In this document: positions 1 to 13,709 of the stretch, piece after piece
Layout of the letters: each line of letters starts with the position of its first letter
How positions within the stretch are numbered: the first letter of the stretch is position 1
Assembly (NCBI GenBank): GCA_965112155.1
Contig: OZ218105.1
Reading direction: 5' to 3' (one strand)
Origin: Podarcis liolepis
Lineage: Eukaryota
DNA: 64,000 nt
The notes under the pieces: model-generated
What the model was told of the DNA's origin: nothing
The model's database searches: none
What the model saw: the letters and a program-made list of their open reading frames with translations, nothing else
Translations under genes and position numbers: made by a program

Positions 1-3000
1 AGGTTATGAAAGAAAGCACTGCACGTTTGCATAAATTACTAGAAGGTTATACAAAAAGTCTATATAGTGCATATATTTATTAGCATAATATCTAAATAAA
101 GTCAGTAACATGAAAGGTATGGAGCATGACTGAGACCAAGGAATTACTGTTATGGTTTCCAAATTTATTCAGTTTGAATTTGGATTAAGCTGCAATGGAG
201 AATGACCTGAACTGAGGTAATATCCACAAAACGTTGTTTAAATCACAGTTTGCGGGTTCTGAATCTTTTCTCAAGATGTACGGTACTCAACTGCTTATTC
301 CACAGAACATCTAGAACTATGCAAAATCTATATTTGGGGCCAAACAACAGATGATCTGTGAATAAGATCCATGAATCTGCCTTCAAGGAGGCAGGCTGGG
401 AATACAGTGCTTCAGTAGGAGAATTAACCTTTTCCACCATGACATTTACCCAATGAAAAATCTGGTTGGCATCCGCCCACCTCCCCCAGCTGCTATTTGG
501 AGATACGTGTCCATATACAGTTACAGATTCCATATGTACATTTCTCTCTACACATCCCAACTGGCCCAGGGAATATAGCAGTTGGAGGAATGATTTTTTT
601 CATTGGACAAATTACTGAGGGGGAAGGGAAATCTTGATATTTTATTGCAATGGTAACAAGGGGGAAATGGAAGCCTTCCCCATAGTGGTAAAGTCCCATA
701 TTGAATTCCCCTCAGCACTGCTGCCACTAAAATCCTTTAAAGATATGCACACTGTCCTCTTCGTGGGCTTCATCCCATCACATTTGGCCTTTAGTCCTCT
801 GAGTGGACATGCAGGCTTTTCCTTCGTTCTCCATAAGGAAGCGGAGGGAAAAATAAAGATGTTTTGGAGCATTAAATTGTTCTCTATTTTGGCACAGCCT
901 TCACTGTTTAAGGTCAAAAAGCATAGATTAAATATAACTCCTTCTTCTGCCTCACTTCTAAAGTAGATATTGTCAAAATAAAATAAATACTTTACACACA
1001 CATCAAGAAATAACTGCTGTGCAAAATTGCCCTCTGTTTTTATTCTTGAAAGACCTGGTTCTTGAAGCATTATATTAGCGTGAAGTCTGTGCCACAGCTC
1101 TCTTGCTGATGCATATGCAGTACCTTGAACAGAAAATTAGAGGCTTTCAGTGTTGCGCTGCCACTGTATTTCAACGAATCTTTTGTCAGTGGTGATTAAA
1201 AAAAAGAAATACATAGCATGATAAAATTGGATTCAGCTTCTTAGTGTTTACTGGAATGTACCAGCTCTATGATTTTCTACTGCACTGAGGCTTATATTCA
1301 GAAAGGGCGGATGTCAGAAAGATAGATAGGTACCTTCACGACAGGTAACGTGTAGGTTGATGGGTTTTACAAAACACCAGAGCTGTCAGCGTGACTGTTG
1401 AGCGCCTTCACTAACTTCAGATGCTTGAATAGGGGGCAAGGAGGGGCAGCACTTTCTGATAGTATTCTTTTTGACATGTCAGCTTCTAGCATCCCTTGAG
1501 TATGTTATTTCATGTTGTCAAATTGGCACCGGGTAAGGAAGTTTGGCCCGTGTCCATAAACTTCAAAGCTTTAGGGAAATATGTGGAGAATCCACATAGA
1601 TTGACAGAAGTGGTGTGGTAGGTTTTCACCTCGAAAGAACATGGTATAATGTTTTAGCGCTGTAACTATGTATTGTATCCATTGTTAAAGTCATTTACAG
1701 TAATGTGATCTTGTGCCCTTTGCAACACCCCTCCCCCCCAAAAAAAATCGCTTATACTATCATTGTTCTCCTGGTGAATGTCTTTTGCCTATGGAATACC
1801 ATTGCACAAGAGAATTCGTAAGCAGGTTGCTGGTAACTTCATTGCACAATGGATTGTACAATCTGTTGTGCAGTGAACTATTGCATTGGATTCTGGTGCC
1901 GCATTAGCATCCACTAATGCTAGAGCCCTTTCGCTAGCAAACAGAGATACAAACCTAAGCTCTGATTTAACTTGTATTTTTTGGTTGTGCCGCCAGTAAT
2001 TTGTTTGGTTTATTACTTTTCTATTAAAAAAACAACTTGTTTTAGTGATCTTAGTTATTTCTCTGTTTGGGAACTATTTAACATAACTAACTACTTCATA
2101 AAGTTGTGCAGTCCTGATATATGGGCTTTCATGTAAAAGAAAAGCTCATACTTTGATTTTTCTACAATTCCTTGTTATCGGATTTTGTATATACACCTTC
2201 ATTCACAAAGAGAATGTTACTGATATTCTCCAGCCATACATTCTGTCATATTCTCATCCGTTGCTCCCTTTCCCCACATCCTTCTTTGACTACTGGGTAT
2301 TTATTTTTTTAAAGCTACCTCATGCATATGTTGATATTGATTGCAGTTGAGGCTTATTGTTCTTGTTTTTATAATGGATGCGTTATTTCATTTCATTTCA
2401 CTTTATGTCATCTCACTGTCCATATTGTATGCTGTGTTGTACGTTGCCCTGTCCACTGATCTGTAGTTAGGATAGGGTGTAAAAACTCTCTGTAATAAAG
2501 CACTGCTTCCTTCAAAAAAATCTCAACTGTTCATATATAAACTGAAGACATCAATCTTTCAGTAGGGAGAAAACAGCATTTTCAACATCTCTTTTATGAA
2601 TGTGAAATTCAACTGAGTATTGTGAACTGCCTTGCTTCTTGAGTTAAAGATCAGAAGGCTATGGAAGAAAATTGTGGTCTAATGGAGGTAGAAATAAATA
2701 TCAATCCTTTTCAACAGCAATCTGTTTCTGGCTTGCATGTTTTCACGTCATATTAAATATAAATGAACTTTGTGTAAGAGAGAAAAAAAGGAGGAAAGGA
2801 AATAATAGCACCAAACCTAATCTTTAGGGAATGACAAAAAAGAATTTGCCCTGTGAGACTTACCACTGCGTCATTTTTCCCAGAGCAGCATCTAGTCCCC
2901 CTTTGATTGATGACACCTCAGAAACTTCCTCTGCAAACTGTTCTAGGCATTTGTTAGTGTCTGAGTGAAAATGTGCTTCCTAATGCCCATTTTGAACAGG

Positions 3001-3504
3001 CCTTCCCTTAACTTGACTCCCTGGCCTCATCTTTTGCCCTTAAATAAAATTTTAGGTGGTTGACATCTGTGATTTGAGAAATGCGTTTCAGTTAGGCATT
3101 TCTAGAGATCTGTTTCCCAAAGAGAGAATTTAATTTTTCTGTTTGCCTTTTTTTTTCATCTTTGAAGTTGAGCAATTAATCCTAAAAATTGCTTTACTGT
3201 CCCCCCTTAAGTGCTGCAGTAGATCTTACAGCCCGGAGTGGCTCAAAGTAGAAAAGGGTAGCCTAACAAGCCACATAAACTTTATGATGTGGACATATGA
3301 GATATGCTTTAGTTAGCAATGGATAAAAATTGAACAAAACTCTCTTGAGATTTTCAGGATTTCTGATTATGCCAAGTTTTCATACTAGCAATCTTCCCCC
3401 AAGAAAGAAGTCCTCAACAGAGTTTTGTTAACTTTATACTCATCGCTAACTAGAGCATCTTTCACACCCAGACACCATAAAGTTTATCTGACTTATTTGG
3501 CTCC

Positions 3505-3730
3505 ATAAGAACTGAAGGTGGCTCTGGAAGGCCAGTCTAGTCTAGCATCCTGTTCTAACAGTGACCAACCAGATGCCTATGGGAACACTGCAAACAGGAC
3601 ACAAATGCAACAGCACTCCCTCCATTTGTGATTCCCAACAACTGATATTCAGAGGCATATTCCCTCCAAAATTTGAGGTACAGCATAGCCATTGTGGCAG
3701 GTAACTACTGATATCCTTTCCCTCAATGAA
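3505..3730 (-). mobile_element. Old CR1 LINE 3' end fragment
   Basis: The motif ggccagtctagtctagcatcctgttctaacagtgaccaaccagatgcc...agccattgtggc is typical of reversed squamate CR1 3' UTRs. A related copy lies at 49395-49660. Confidence 0.6.
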
Positions 3731-5268
3731 ACCAAAAAAAAACTGTACAAAAATGTATTTATTAGAAGAAAGTGTGCATAAAACTGCAAATATTTAATGA
3801 AAATAGCCTACATAAATGTGTATATTAGGGAAAGGTCCTCAAAAAAATCAGTAGATATATCAGTATTTGAGGTGCTTGCTGCAGATAGCCCCACAGTGAC
3901 TTTCTGAAGTTCCCAGAGGCATGGGAGTAGAAACCTTCAGGCTGGATCAGGAAATACTTTGGTGTGAAATCCTGGAGAGCCACTGATAATGTAGATTGGA
4001 CTAGAGAACCAACATCCCAGGGGCTAGATTTGGTCTGCACAACTGTTTGAACCAGCCGGCCAACATCTCCTGAGTGCCGTCCCTCTTCAGCAGCAGTCCA
4101 TACATGATCACAAAAACGCTCCCATTGGGAACTCCCACTTCATGTAGTAGCAGAAAGGAAATATGGGTGGATCATTGCAAACATGATCACGAGCTCCCTG
4201 TGTTGGGAAAGGTGAACAGCAAGGTGTTGAGAGCCAACACTTCAAGGTGCCTGGATTGGTTCGAAAAGGAAAATCTCACTCTTCACTACTGCTAATCTGC
4301 TTCCTGGTCTCCTGAGAGGGGACAGATCACAGGGAGGGAAGTTCTAAGCAGCTGCTCCTGGTGATCTCTTACACCTGTTGCCCAGCTGATTCGGAAACAG
4401 ATGAGCAGTGGCAAATGGGCTTGTGTGTGTGTGCACATGCATGAGAAAGTGTGGGGTGATCCCACACACTGCCAGCTTTGTCCATTCTCATCACCATCAT
4501 GTGGAAGGCTGGCCACAAGGAAATGCAGAGAAAAGGATCTCCTATCCCTGATCTAGATGGACCAGTGGGCTGGCTTTGTATGCAGCAGTGTTCTTTGTGC
4601 CATGAGCAACCAGTCTCAGAAAATGCAGGAACCTTTGGCAGAGAGAAAGGCATGTGCAGTACAATATTTCAGGGCTTCAGTTTAATTTGTGTCAGGTTAC
4701 TAGTGGTTATTCTTAGCACTTGTGCTGAATCTTGGATTTGTGAAATAAATAAGAAAAAGGGCATCTGAAGATGTGTCACGTATTTTTTCCTGCGCTGCTG
4801 AAATTTACCCATATGTTTAGGATGAAGGAGCAGAGCAGTTGGCTGGCCTCAAGGAAGACTTGAGCCTGGAAGATTGCCTTTGTTTGTATAAATTAAAGCA
4901 CTAATAAAAGAGCTAAAGTCATTTAGGAAGGAGAAATACATTAGGTAAATAGCAGTAATCCATTAAAGAATAAGGAAAGAACAGCCATGTAGAAGAAGAA
5001 AATTGTCTTCCAGTTGTATAATTATAGCTGCATTTAACGTAGTACTGTAAATCCTGGAAGATAACCAACCAAATAGTGTTCTTTTTTTTTCTTTTCTTTT
5101 CTCACTTACAAAGATGAACTGCTTTAGTGTTGATGCTGCTTCGCAATTTAACAAACACCTGTTTTTCAAAAGCAGTGAAAAAATGCTGAAGAACCACTTG
5201 ACTTTCACTTGAGGATAGTGATGACTTCTTTGTTTTCACGTCAGACAGAGTAACAATACTAAAAGACA

Positions 5269-5270
<2 letters not shown>

Positions 5271-5308
<38 letters not shown>
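5271..5308. repeat. (GT)19 microsatellite
   Basis: Directly visible. Confidence 0.99.
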
Positions 5309-5310
<2 letters not shown>

Positions 5311-5843
5311 ACACGGTAACCTCTAATACCTGTACACATGTGTACATTGTTTTCCCAAAAACTTTGAAGAAAGAGAAAAAGAGGGAAACAACTGATGACA
5401 CTATGGCAGCTTCCCCATTAACACTGTAGTTGGCACGAGGGTTGTTTTATGAAAACATCAGGTCAACAATGGCCATTCATTCATTGGATATTAATATATT
5501 GTGGCAACTTGTAGTGTGTTCTCTTAGACCATCTTTCTCCCAGACTAATCTTCACCAACCTGGTGCCCTCCCATTGTTTTGGAGTACAATTCTCAGCCAG
5601 CATATCTTTTTCGCTCACTATCCTTATTTAGCGTTGTCTGTTTCCGTAGGTTCAATTTGGGCCTTAAGCGGAGGCATTTTGTTTAAATACCGTTCAAAAA
5701 TGTATGCATGGAAAACAGTGTATTTCTGATGCCAGTCTTGATGTACCATCCACCTTTTTAAAAAATGAAGGGGGGCATATGGCTTATTCCTAGGATTGCC
5801 ATGATTAGACACTATGTAATATAGACATGTCTATATAAAGGTT

Positions 5844-6194
5844 GGGACGCGGGTGGCACTGTGGGTTAAATCACAGAGCCTAGGACTTGCCGATCAGAAG
5901 GTCGGCAGTTTGGATCCCCGCGACGGGGTGAGCTCCCGTTGCTCGGCCCCAGCTCCTGCCCACCTAGCAATTCGAAATCACGTCAAAGTGCAAATAGATA
6001 AATAGGTACCGCTCCAGCGGGAAGGTAAACGGCGTTTTCGTGTGCTACTTTGGTTCGCCAGAAGTGGCTTATTCATGCTGGCCACACGACCCGGAAGCTG
6101 TACGCTGGCTCCCTCGGCCAATAAAGCGAGATGAGTGCCGCAACCCCAGAGTTGGCCACGACTGGACCTAATGGTCAGGGGTCCCTTTACCTTT
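5844..6194 (+). mobile_element. Full-length Sauria SINE (Squam1 type)
   Basis: tRNA-like head GGGACGCGGGTGGCACTGTGGGTTAAA, characteristic body (agataaataggtaccgct) and ACCTTT tail. Degenerate TSD TATATAAAGGTT (5832-5843) / TATATAGAGGTC (6194-6205). Confidence 0.92.
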
Positions 6195-6495
6195 ATATAG
6201 AGGTCAAAGCTTCTTAGCAGTGGCAATGCTGTTTACTGAAATGTGGGTGGTGGGCAAGGCAATGTTTGGGCTGTACAGACACAGTGGCAGAGCCAATCTG
6301 GTGCTGCCACTGGGGCACCGGTGCATCCCTGAGTTCTCCACTGCATTTAATAGGCCAGTGCTGATTAAAACACATGCTGAAATACAGAAATATATTTTAA
6401 AAATAGTTGTCCGCAGGTAAGGCTAAGTAACATTCTGTATCTTTGAAACGGTGGTGCCTTCAAATGTTATAAGAGGTACATTTGTTTGTTTCCAG

Positions 6496-6634
6496 GATCA
6501 GTGGTTTTGGCGTGTCAGAAACAACCGAGTGATGGATGGATACCCCATGCAGATTACCTACTTCTGGAGGGGGCTGCCACCAAGTATCGATGCAGTTTAT
6601 GAAAACAGTGACGGGAATTTTGTTTTCTTTAAAG
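6496..6634 (+). CDS. MMP16: MMP16 internal coding exon (hemopexin domain; equivalent to mammalian exon 7)
   Basis: Acceptor ttccag|GAT and donor AAAG|gtaaga. The 139 nt translate to [46 protein letters not shown](G), recognisable as MT3-MMP hemopexin sequence. Confidence 0.97.
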
Positions 6635-7039
6635 GTAAGAAGTGAAATTACATGAAGAGCCGAGTAAAAAATCATTTAAGAAACTTGCTAACATGTTGCA
6701 TTTGGAGAGCTATTACATGGAAATCAGGATGACCAACTACAGAAGCAATTTTTGGAATATAACTTGCTTACACTCCTAGATAAAGTGCTCTTCAAATCAG
6801 AGTTAAGACAGTAGCCGAGTCTTCCTACGAAATGCTGCCCACTGCAACTGGGGAAGCTATAGCCAAGATCTCCCCACAGATTTCTCTGTATTCATCTGGG
6901 ACCTTATCAGGAAGGTATCCCACTTGGAGAAAGGGTTTCTGAAGTTATGAGTGATATCGCTAGTAACTTTCGGGTTAGACTAGAATTCTGACACAATGGG
7001 AGTATCTTCAAAGGTTTGGAAACTAGAATTACTTCAGTA

Positions 7040-7270
7040 TATGGCTGCCAGATTACTGACCATCACTATGGTCCTATTGTGTCTGTGCTGTATCTGTAGC
7101 TCCTGGTCTGCTTCTGGACTCAATTCAAAGCAACAGTTTTTGACCATCACACCTTAGAAACAGGGCACTTGAAGGACTGCCTATCTCCATACATACCTTC
7201 CCATACTCTTAAGAAATTCAGTAGAGGGATTTCTATGTGTGTCCCCTTCCATATCTCAGGTAAGGCAGGG
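7040..7270 (+). mobile_element. Degraded L2 LINE ORF2 fragment
   Basis: Remnants of QFK..VLT and LKDCLSPYIPSHTL resemble the C-terminal L2 motif seen intact at 24093. Confidence 0.55.
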
Positions 7271-7500
7271 AGCTACCATGGAGAGAGTCTTCTTAGTTGT
7301 CAAACTACAATTTTAAAACATTCTCCTCAGAGCATCTTGCTTGGTACCCACTTGCTATCATTCTGGCAAAAATCTTTTTATTTTCCCAAACTTTTTATTC
7401 TTTTATGGGCTTTGTGCTACTTGAATTTTCCTACATTGCTGTTCATTGTTTTATAGTTATCATAGCTAAATTGTATCTCCCCTACCACCAGTGTAAGCTA

Positions 7501-7759
7501 CCGTATTTTTTGCTCTATAAGACTCACTTTTTCCCTCCTATAAAGTAAGCGGAAATGTGTGTGTGTCTTATGGAGCGAATGCAGCCTGCACAGCTATCCC
7601 AGAAGCCAGAACAGCAAGAGGGATTGCTGCTTTCCCTGCGTAGCGATCCCTCTTGCTGTTCTGGCTTCTGAGATTCAGAATATTTTTTTTCTTGTTTTCC
7701 TCCTCCAAAAACTAGGTGCGTCTTGTGGTCTGGTGTGTGCTATAGAGCAAAAAATATGG
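7501..7759. mobile_element. Non-autonomous Tc1/mariner-type DNA transposon (MITE)
   Basis: TIR CCGTATTTTTTGCTCTATA / TATAGAGCAAAAAATATGG with TA on both sides, and an internal 31-bp hairpin. Confidence 0.85.
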
Positions 7760-9319
7760 TACCCTGTTTTCAGCCTGCAATCTTATGCACCTTTACTTGT
7801 GAATAAGCTCCACTGATCATAGCGGGAATCAATTCTGGATTAATATGCATGGGACTGTGCTGCCGGTTGTGCAATTTTTGTGCTTTAAATAGCATGAACT
7901 ATAGAAAGATACACTTCTCCTCTCTAATTTTCCTTTCCCCCCTTCTAATCAGAGTTACTTATTTTAAGCATCAGTTGTTTATCTTGCTTATCATGTCACC
8001 TGTGTTATATTATAATTTATTTCCTCCCAATACAGTGACATTACAGTGTTCAGGTGGGAAATGAATTATTAATAAAGTTCCTGCTTTTATGCAAATATTA
8101 GTCATAATTAAAAATTGCATAAAGCCCAGAAAATATGGCATGTGGAATTAACTGGTTTTCAGCAGCCTGTGGCCCCCTCCCCATTTTTCGGTGTGTTTCC
8201 CCCCTTTTTTGCACCAGGCGTCAGCTGTTCCTTAAAATTAAAGGTCTTAAATATGCATCTAATTTGAGTGTAATGTGAAAATTATACTGTATGTTGAATA
8301 AATACTAGTTTATCATTGCAACCTGCTCATTGGGAGTGAAAATCCGTGTAGGATATGATTATTTATAAAGCGAGATTTGTTAAATGAGCATTTTTTACAT
8401 TAACAACAATAAGGGAATCAGATGAAAACGCTGAAATTTAACTGTGTAGTTAATAAGGATTGAAAAATATTGTAGCTCAAAAGGTTTGTGAGGAGGGTAG
8501 ATGAAACACCATCAGGGACCTTTAAAACCTGTAGTAAAGAGGTTAAGAAGAGGGTTGCTGGATCAGACCACAAGCATGATACAAACATGGCATAGTATCA
8601 TCCATCTTAATTCAAAATGGCTGCTCTGTTGTGTGCATTAAGTTTACCATACCTGCTGTGGGCATGCTGTGTATGTAGGCCTTGCAGAGCCTATTCTGTT
8701 CACACAGTGGCCAGCCAGATACATAATGGTAGCCCATAACCAGCACATGAGCACAGTAGCACTCTCCCACTTGTGTTCCCCAGAGACTGGTATTCAGAAA
8801 CACCCCGTTCCCACCCCACCATACTTACATCTTCTCCTGCACCCCAACTCCGTGGCTTTCTTTCTTTGATTCTTTCTCCCATTCCCAGCTCTGTTGTTTC
8901 TTTCTAGACCCCAATACTTCTTGCTCTGTCACCGCTTTATAGCTCTCCCCTGAAACTGCTTTCCTTTTCCCCTTTCTCTCAATAGCTTCCTCAGTGTCTT
9001 CCCCTTTGTCTGAGGTAAGTTGCAGTTGTTGCTGTTGTGGCCACAGCTAGGCATGTCAACTTCTCTTTCTGCTTCCCTTTTTTTTTTTTTTTTTTTTTTT
9101 TACCGTAGCAGCTCCTTTGGAGAAAATAATCAAAGTTTGGAGGGTGGGATACAAAATGATGGGTTTCCAGGTATAGCTATAGCTGTCTCTTTTGAGAGGT
9201 GATTGAGTTAACCAGCAATTGGCCAGGATCGAGGCCTTGTGAGGCCACCACCATTCCCTGCTGACTGTTCTCATAAATGCCATCATTCACGCACATAGTA
9301 ATCCATTGCTTAGTTGCAT

Positions 9320-9449
9320 CAGGGGCGGGGAAACTATGGCCCTTCAGATATTGCTGGACTCCAACTCCTATGAGCCTCAATCAGCATAACCAGTAATTAG
9401 GGAAGGTGGGAGTTGTGGCCCAGTATGAGACCACAGGCTTCCCACTCAC
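9320..9449. mobile_element. Degraded hAT-type palindromic MITE (ggactacaactccc family)
   Basis: Similar to the intact copies at 41649 and 60049. Confidence 0.65.
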
Positions 9450-10917
9450 ACACCAGTTTAGTAAACATAAGCAATGGAAGTGAAACCACTAGAAAGAGAG
9501 GAAATGTGAGCACTAGCAGCAAAAGTCAAACCACTAGAGAGAATGTTAATGCATCGTGAGTTTGGAGTTTTAAGCAGACATACTGTTGGCATCATTTTAC
9601 AAAGACACAAAGACATGCATTTTTATTTCAGTGCATTTATAATACTAGTAAGTTTGCATTCTGCATATATAGATTTTATATTGTTTTCTGACATTCCCAC
9701 CCACCCCCATTCCAAGCTGGGTCTGGTTCAGGCATGTGAAGAGGACAGCTCCTGCTTTCATGTAGTATGTTTCAAGGATGTCTTCACTTGACTTTCTAGA
9801 TGTTAAGAGTGTGTGGAGAATTTCTGTCTAATTGGTTTCTAGTGTTCATACTTGAAACTTCAGTGTTTTAGGGGACAGGGAAGTGCACCAATAGTGTTCA
9901 TAAGTGAGTTAGGTTGTAGCCCATGTTAGTCATACTTGGAATTAATTAATTCATTGAAATGAATAAAGATGACTGACTTAGGTACATTAATTTCAGTGAG
10001 TACTCTGAGTAGAACATAGTTGACCAACTCAATGTATCTTCATATGTATGATGAAAGCTGCATTCTTCCTGTTTGCTAAGGACCATTAGCTCAGACTTTG
10101 AATATTCTTTCACAGTGATTGATAGATGGCCTGATGAAGAAAAACCATTTACTGTAGCCCAACTCCATTTTTCTCCTATGCTCTGAAATAGAAATAATGA
10201 GTCTTGGTCACCAGTCCCATGCACACTTTTCTTGGGAGTAATCACCATTTAACTATATGTTGCTTACTCCCAAGTAAACACTGCCAATTTGTTGTCATGT
10301 TCACTGCTTTTGTAATATGGACTATTGGCATCTGTTGTAAGAGCCAGCAGACACACACGGCAGACAAAAACATTTTTAATCTTCTGAAAAGGCCCAAATC
10401 TTTTCCTCCCCATGTGTTATGTTTATATTACTGCATGCAAACCACAGAATTCAATCATGTTTTATTACCATGTAATGAAATCTCAGAGTAAGATGAGTCT
10501 GCAGAACCATTTTTCTTTTAGATTTATCTAATCATTTTACACCTCTCAAAAGCATGTTGTCCTCTAATCCTTCTCTAGAAGATTAGTTTTACTTTGAACC
10601 CTTAAGCAACTTTGAAACAACTGCCTTTATTATAATATGGCAAACATATTTTGTCCGCATTCTTTCTTAAGAAAGTCCCTTACATAACAAATTATGGGTC
10701 CTATAAAAATTACTTAGTGAAGGAAATGTCAGTTCCCATTGGCACGGCTGGTTTTTTGTGGATATACATTACATTCCTACCACCCTTCTTTCATTTGATA
10801 TAGCTAACCCACTGTCCTATATCTGTGGTAAGTTCTCCGTCACAGACTAACATGCAATGCAATACTGTTGCTGAAAATTCAGACTTGCAGGGGCAAATTT
10901 ATGAATCCAATCTTAAA

Positions 10918-11067
10918 CATTGGGATAGCTCAGTTGGCAGAGCATCGGGCTCTTAATTTCAGGCTTGTGTGTTCGAGCCCCACACTGGGGGGGAAATTGC
11001 TGCATTGCAGCGGGTTGGACTATATGACCCTCGTGGCTCCTTCCAACTCTACAATTCTATGATTCTA
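10918..11067 (+). mobile_element. tRNA-Lys(CTT)-derived SINE with CR1-type 3' tail
   Basis: The head TAGCTCAGTTGGCAGAGCATCGGGCTCTTAATTTCAGG...GTTCGAGCCCCAC matches tRNA-Lys (A and B boxes, CTT loop), but the acceptor stem is broken. The tail is ggttggactatatgaccc...ttccaactctacaattctatgattcta. Confidence 0.85.
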
Positions 11068-13636
11068 CCACATGGTCACATTTCCATGCTAGACATCCAG
11101 CATGCTAGACAGTATAGGTGACTGCCTGTGGCAGCACAGCACTTGGGGCTATTTAGGAAAATCTTCAAAGGGAAGGAGCATCATCTGACCCCCTTCCCAG
11201 AACTTTGGGACAATATGGTCCCAGGGCAAAATGAGACACAACAGAGGAGAGTCTGTTTTTCAACCTGAATCTGTCCTAACCTGAATCTGAGGAGACCAAT
11301 TTAAATGACAAAAGAACATGTGTGATAGGAACATTAAATGCTCTCCCTCCCATAATTTACTGCCTCAAAGTCCATATCCTGAGGCACTGTTCTTTCAACT
11401 AGACTCTCTTTAAGCCAATGCAAACAAAATAAATGATTATCAATGGGGATGGGAGGAGCTACTAATTTCTGTGGGAAGGCTCAATAAGAGGCCAGTATAG
11501 GCTGTGAAATCCTCATGGTTGGCTTTCTTCATGGAATATGGTGCCTTGTCTTTCCTGGGTCGCTTTTTATCCTTCTGGTTGAGCACCACTTGCTCAGGTC
11601 AGTGTCGAAACCAATTCTACCACACACAGAAAGTCTGTCTGTCTTCACCCTGTCACAGCCTTGCTGTCTGTTCAGTCTGTGATTGCATGTGACTTATATT
11701 TAGTTATTTTAATTTCATTTGGATTCTACATTTCCCTTTTGGAATTTGTTGCTCAAATTAGGCCTATGGAATCCTAAGTCGTTTTCTCTTAAGCCAAGAC
11801 CTGGCCAAAGGGCCATTTAAACTCTTGTAATGCCATGCCAAAGGGGAGAGCTTTGCCAAGCCTCTTTCACCATTGAGGCTGAAGGAGAGGATCTTCAAAA
11901 GGCTATGCCTTGCCTGTGTGGGAGAGAGCCAATGGGCAGAGTCAATGTTTCTGGCTTTTCTCAGCTGACCCCTATTTATTTTTTTAAAATCAGTTTCAGA
12001 AATTTCTCAAGAACATGAAGCTTTTAAAATATATGGTTCAAATATTGTTTCATAATACAGTGAATGGGAAATCTTAGACATTCTAGCACTTTTATTCTTT
12101 TCTTGCCCTGTGTACCAAAAGAAAAAAGAAAAAAAAGGATAATTGGCTCAAGTGGGATTCATTTCATCTATACTCCTAATAATGTACTATTTTACAGAGG
12201 AAGGTCAATGAATTAAAATTCATCTGACAACTGAGATTTGTTGTTGTTTTTAATTCACACATCAGTGATTAGAGTTGTATAATGATAAAATCTGCCTGAA
12301 GACCCCTGTTAAGACTGTATAGCCACATACATTGAATGCGTAGAAGAAGGGTGAGTTGGGACAGGCTAGCTGGCACCGGTGCCAAATAGGGGGGTAGGGA
12401 GTCAAGGCTCCTCCAAAGCTTTGCACATGCACTCCATGGGACATCTGCATGACATGTCAGCTCCCCCCTCCCCGTGGTGTGTATGAGTGACGTCAGCATG
12501 CCGTGGGGCATGCACACACACTGTGAGCATGCTGTGGGGTGTGCTGACATCATGCATGCATGGTGCGGTGACATTGCATGGCCTCAGACCCCCTCAAACA
12601 TGGGTCAGCTTTCAGAAGGCCACACAGCAGTCGCAGGTGAGGCCAGAAGGAAACCCTATCTCTTTAGTACAGTTGGTATATTCAAAATATATCTATTTTG
12701 AAATGTATCTTCCTTCTATGAAATCTTGGCTGGATTTCATTAAAGTGCTGTATGGCCATTCAAATATCGATTGAAAATAGCATTTTACTATTCCAAATGG
12801 AAGTGTAAAATATCATTTTAAGTTGATAGTTGAGTGAAAAAATGAAACGAATAGCATAAAACCCATCTTTATTTATCTATTTAGTGCTTAGATATGTACT
12901 TAATCTTCTGCATAACGGCTCAGAATGTACAGAAACTTTGCTGTTTGGTAATATAGCACGAACACCTAATTAAAATATAGCAATATTCTTTCATAGCATT
13001 CCATGGTGGTTTTCCTGTAGGATAGGTAATGAGGAAATGCCAGATATGTCTGCAAATATTTTTTAACTGGCAGGGATGCAGATTGTGAAATTCTTCCTAG
13101 TGTGACAAGAAATTTAAGCAGTGCTAAAAGCTAACTGTCAAAGGCATAGGCAGCGCTAAAACTTGTGCCAAGCCCAAATGCAGCAGTAGCAAAGTTGTTG
13201 TAAAATTCACACTGGTGCTGCCATAACTTTCAACACCACTCATCCCACTATTTGACAGCTTCATTTTGAAAGCTAAAATTTACTGGCAGGATATGGGTAA
13301 GAAGCAAGTAACACTGCCTGCATAGAAATTCAGGGATTTTATTTTATTTAAGTGAAGCAAGTGTAAGGAAAAGGCCTGCTGAAAGCAAAATGGATATGTG
13401 ATACAGATAGGATGAGCTTGAGGATCAAGTGAAGTCTTGTAGATAAATGCAAAACAGCAACAGACAATTGCAGCCCAGCTTCTCACCTGTTCTCTCTGTG
13501 CCATAGAACAGCTTAATAGGAAGGCTGGCCAGAAAGAAAAAAAACCCATGTTGCCCGCATGCATTGTTATGCAATATTTGCAACACTGTAAAAGAGTTTA
13601 ACCGAAAGATTAGCATCTGCGTCTGCTACAAAGGAG

Positions 13637-13709
13637 TAGAATAGAATCATAGAATCATAGAGTTGGAATAGACCACAAGGGCCATCGAGTCCAACCCCCT
13701 GCCAAGCAG
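13637..13709 (-). mobile_element. CR1 3' terminal fragment
   Basis: (TAGAATCA)n followed by gagttggaa..gaccacaagggccatcgagtccaaccccctg, the reverse of the CR1 (ATTCTATG)n tail. Confidence 0.85.

Noticed and set aside
243-1070. Cluster of 68-142 aa ORFs at the window start
   Set aside because: There is no similarity to MMP16 or other recognisable proteins. These are chance intronic ORFs.
10918-10992. Functional tRNA-Lys(CTT) gene
   Set aside because: The acceptor and anticodon stems are mismatched and the sequence runs straight into a CR1-type tail, so it is a SINE head.
12370-12645. GC-rich block with CRE-like TGACGTCA and short palindromes as a promoter
   Set aside because: It looks like the interior of a decayed transposon, and neither termini nor promoter context could be established.
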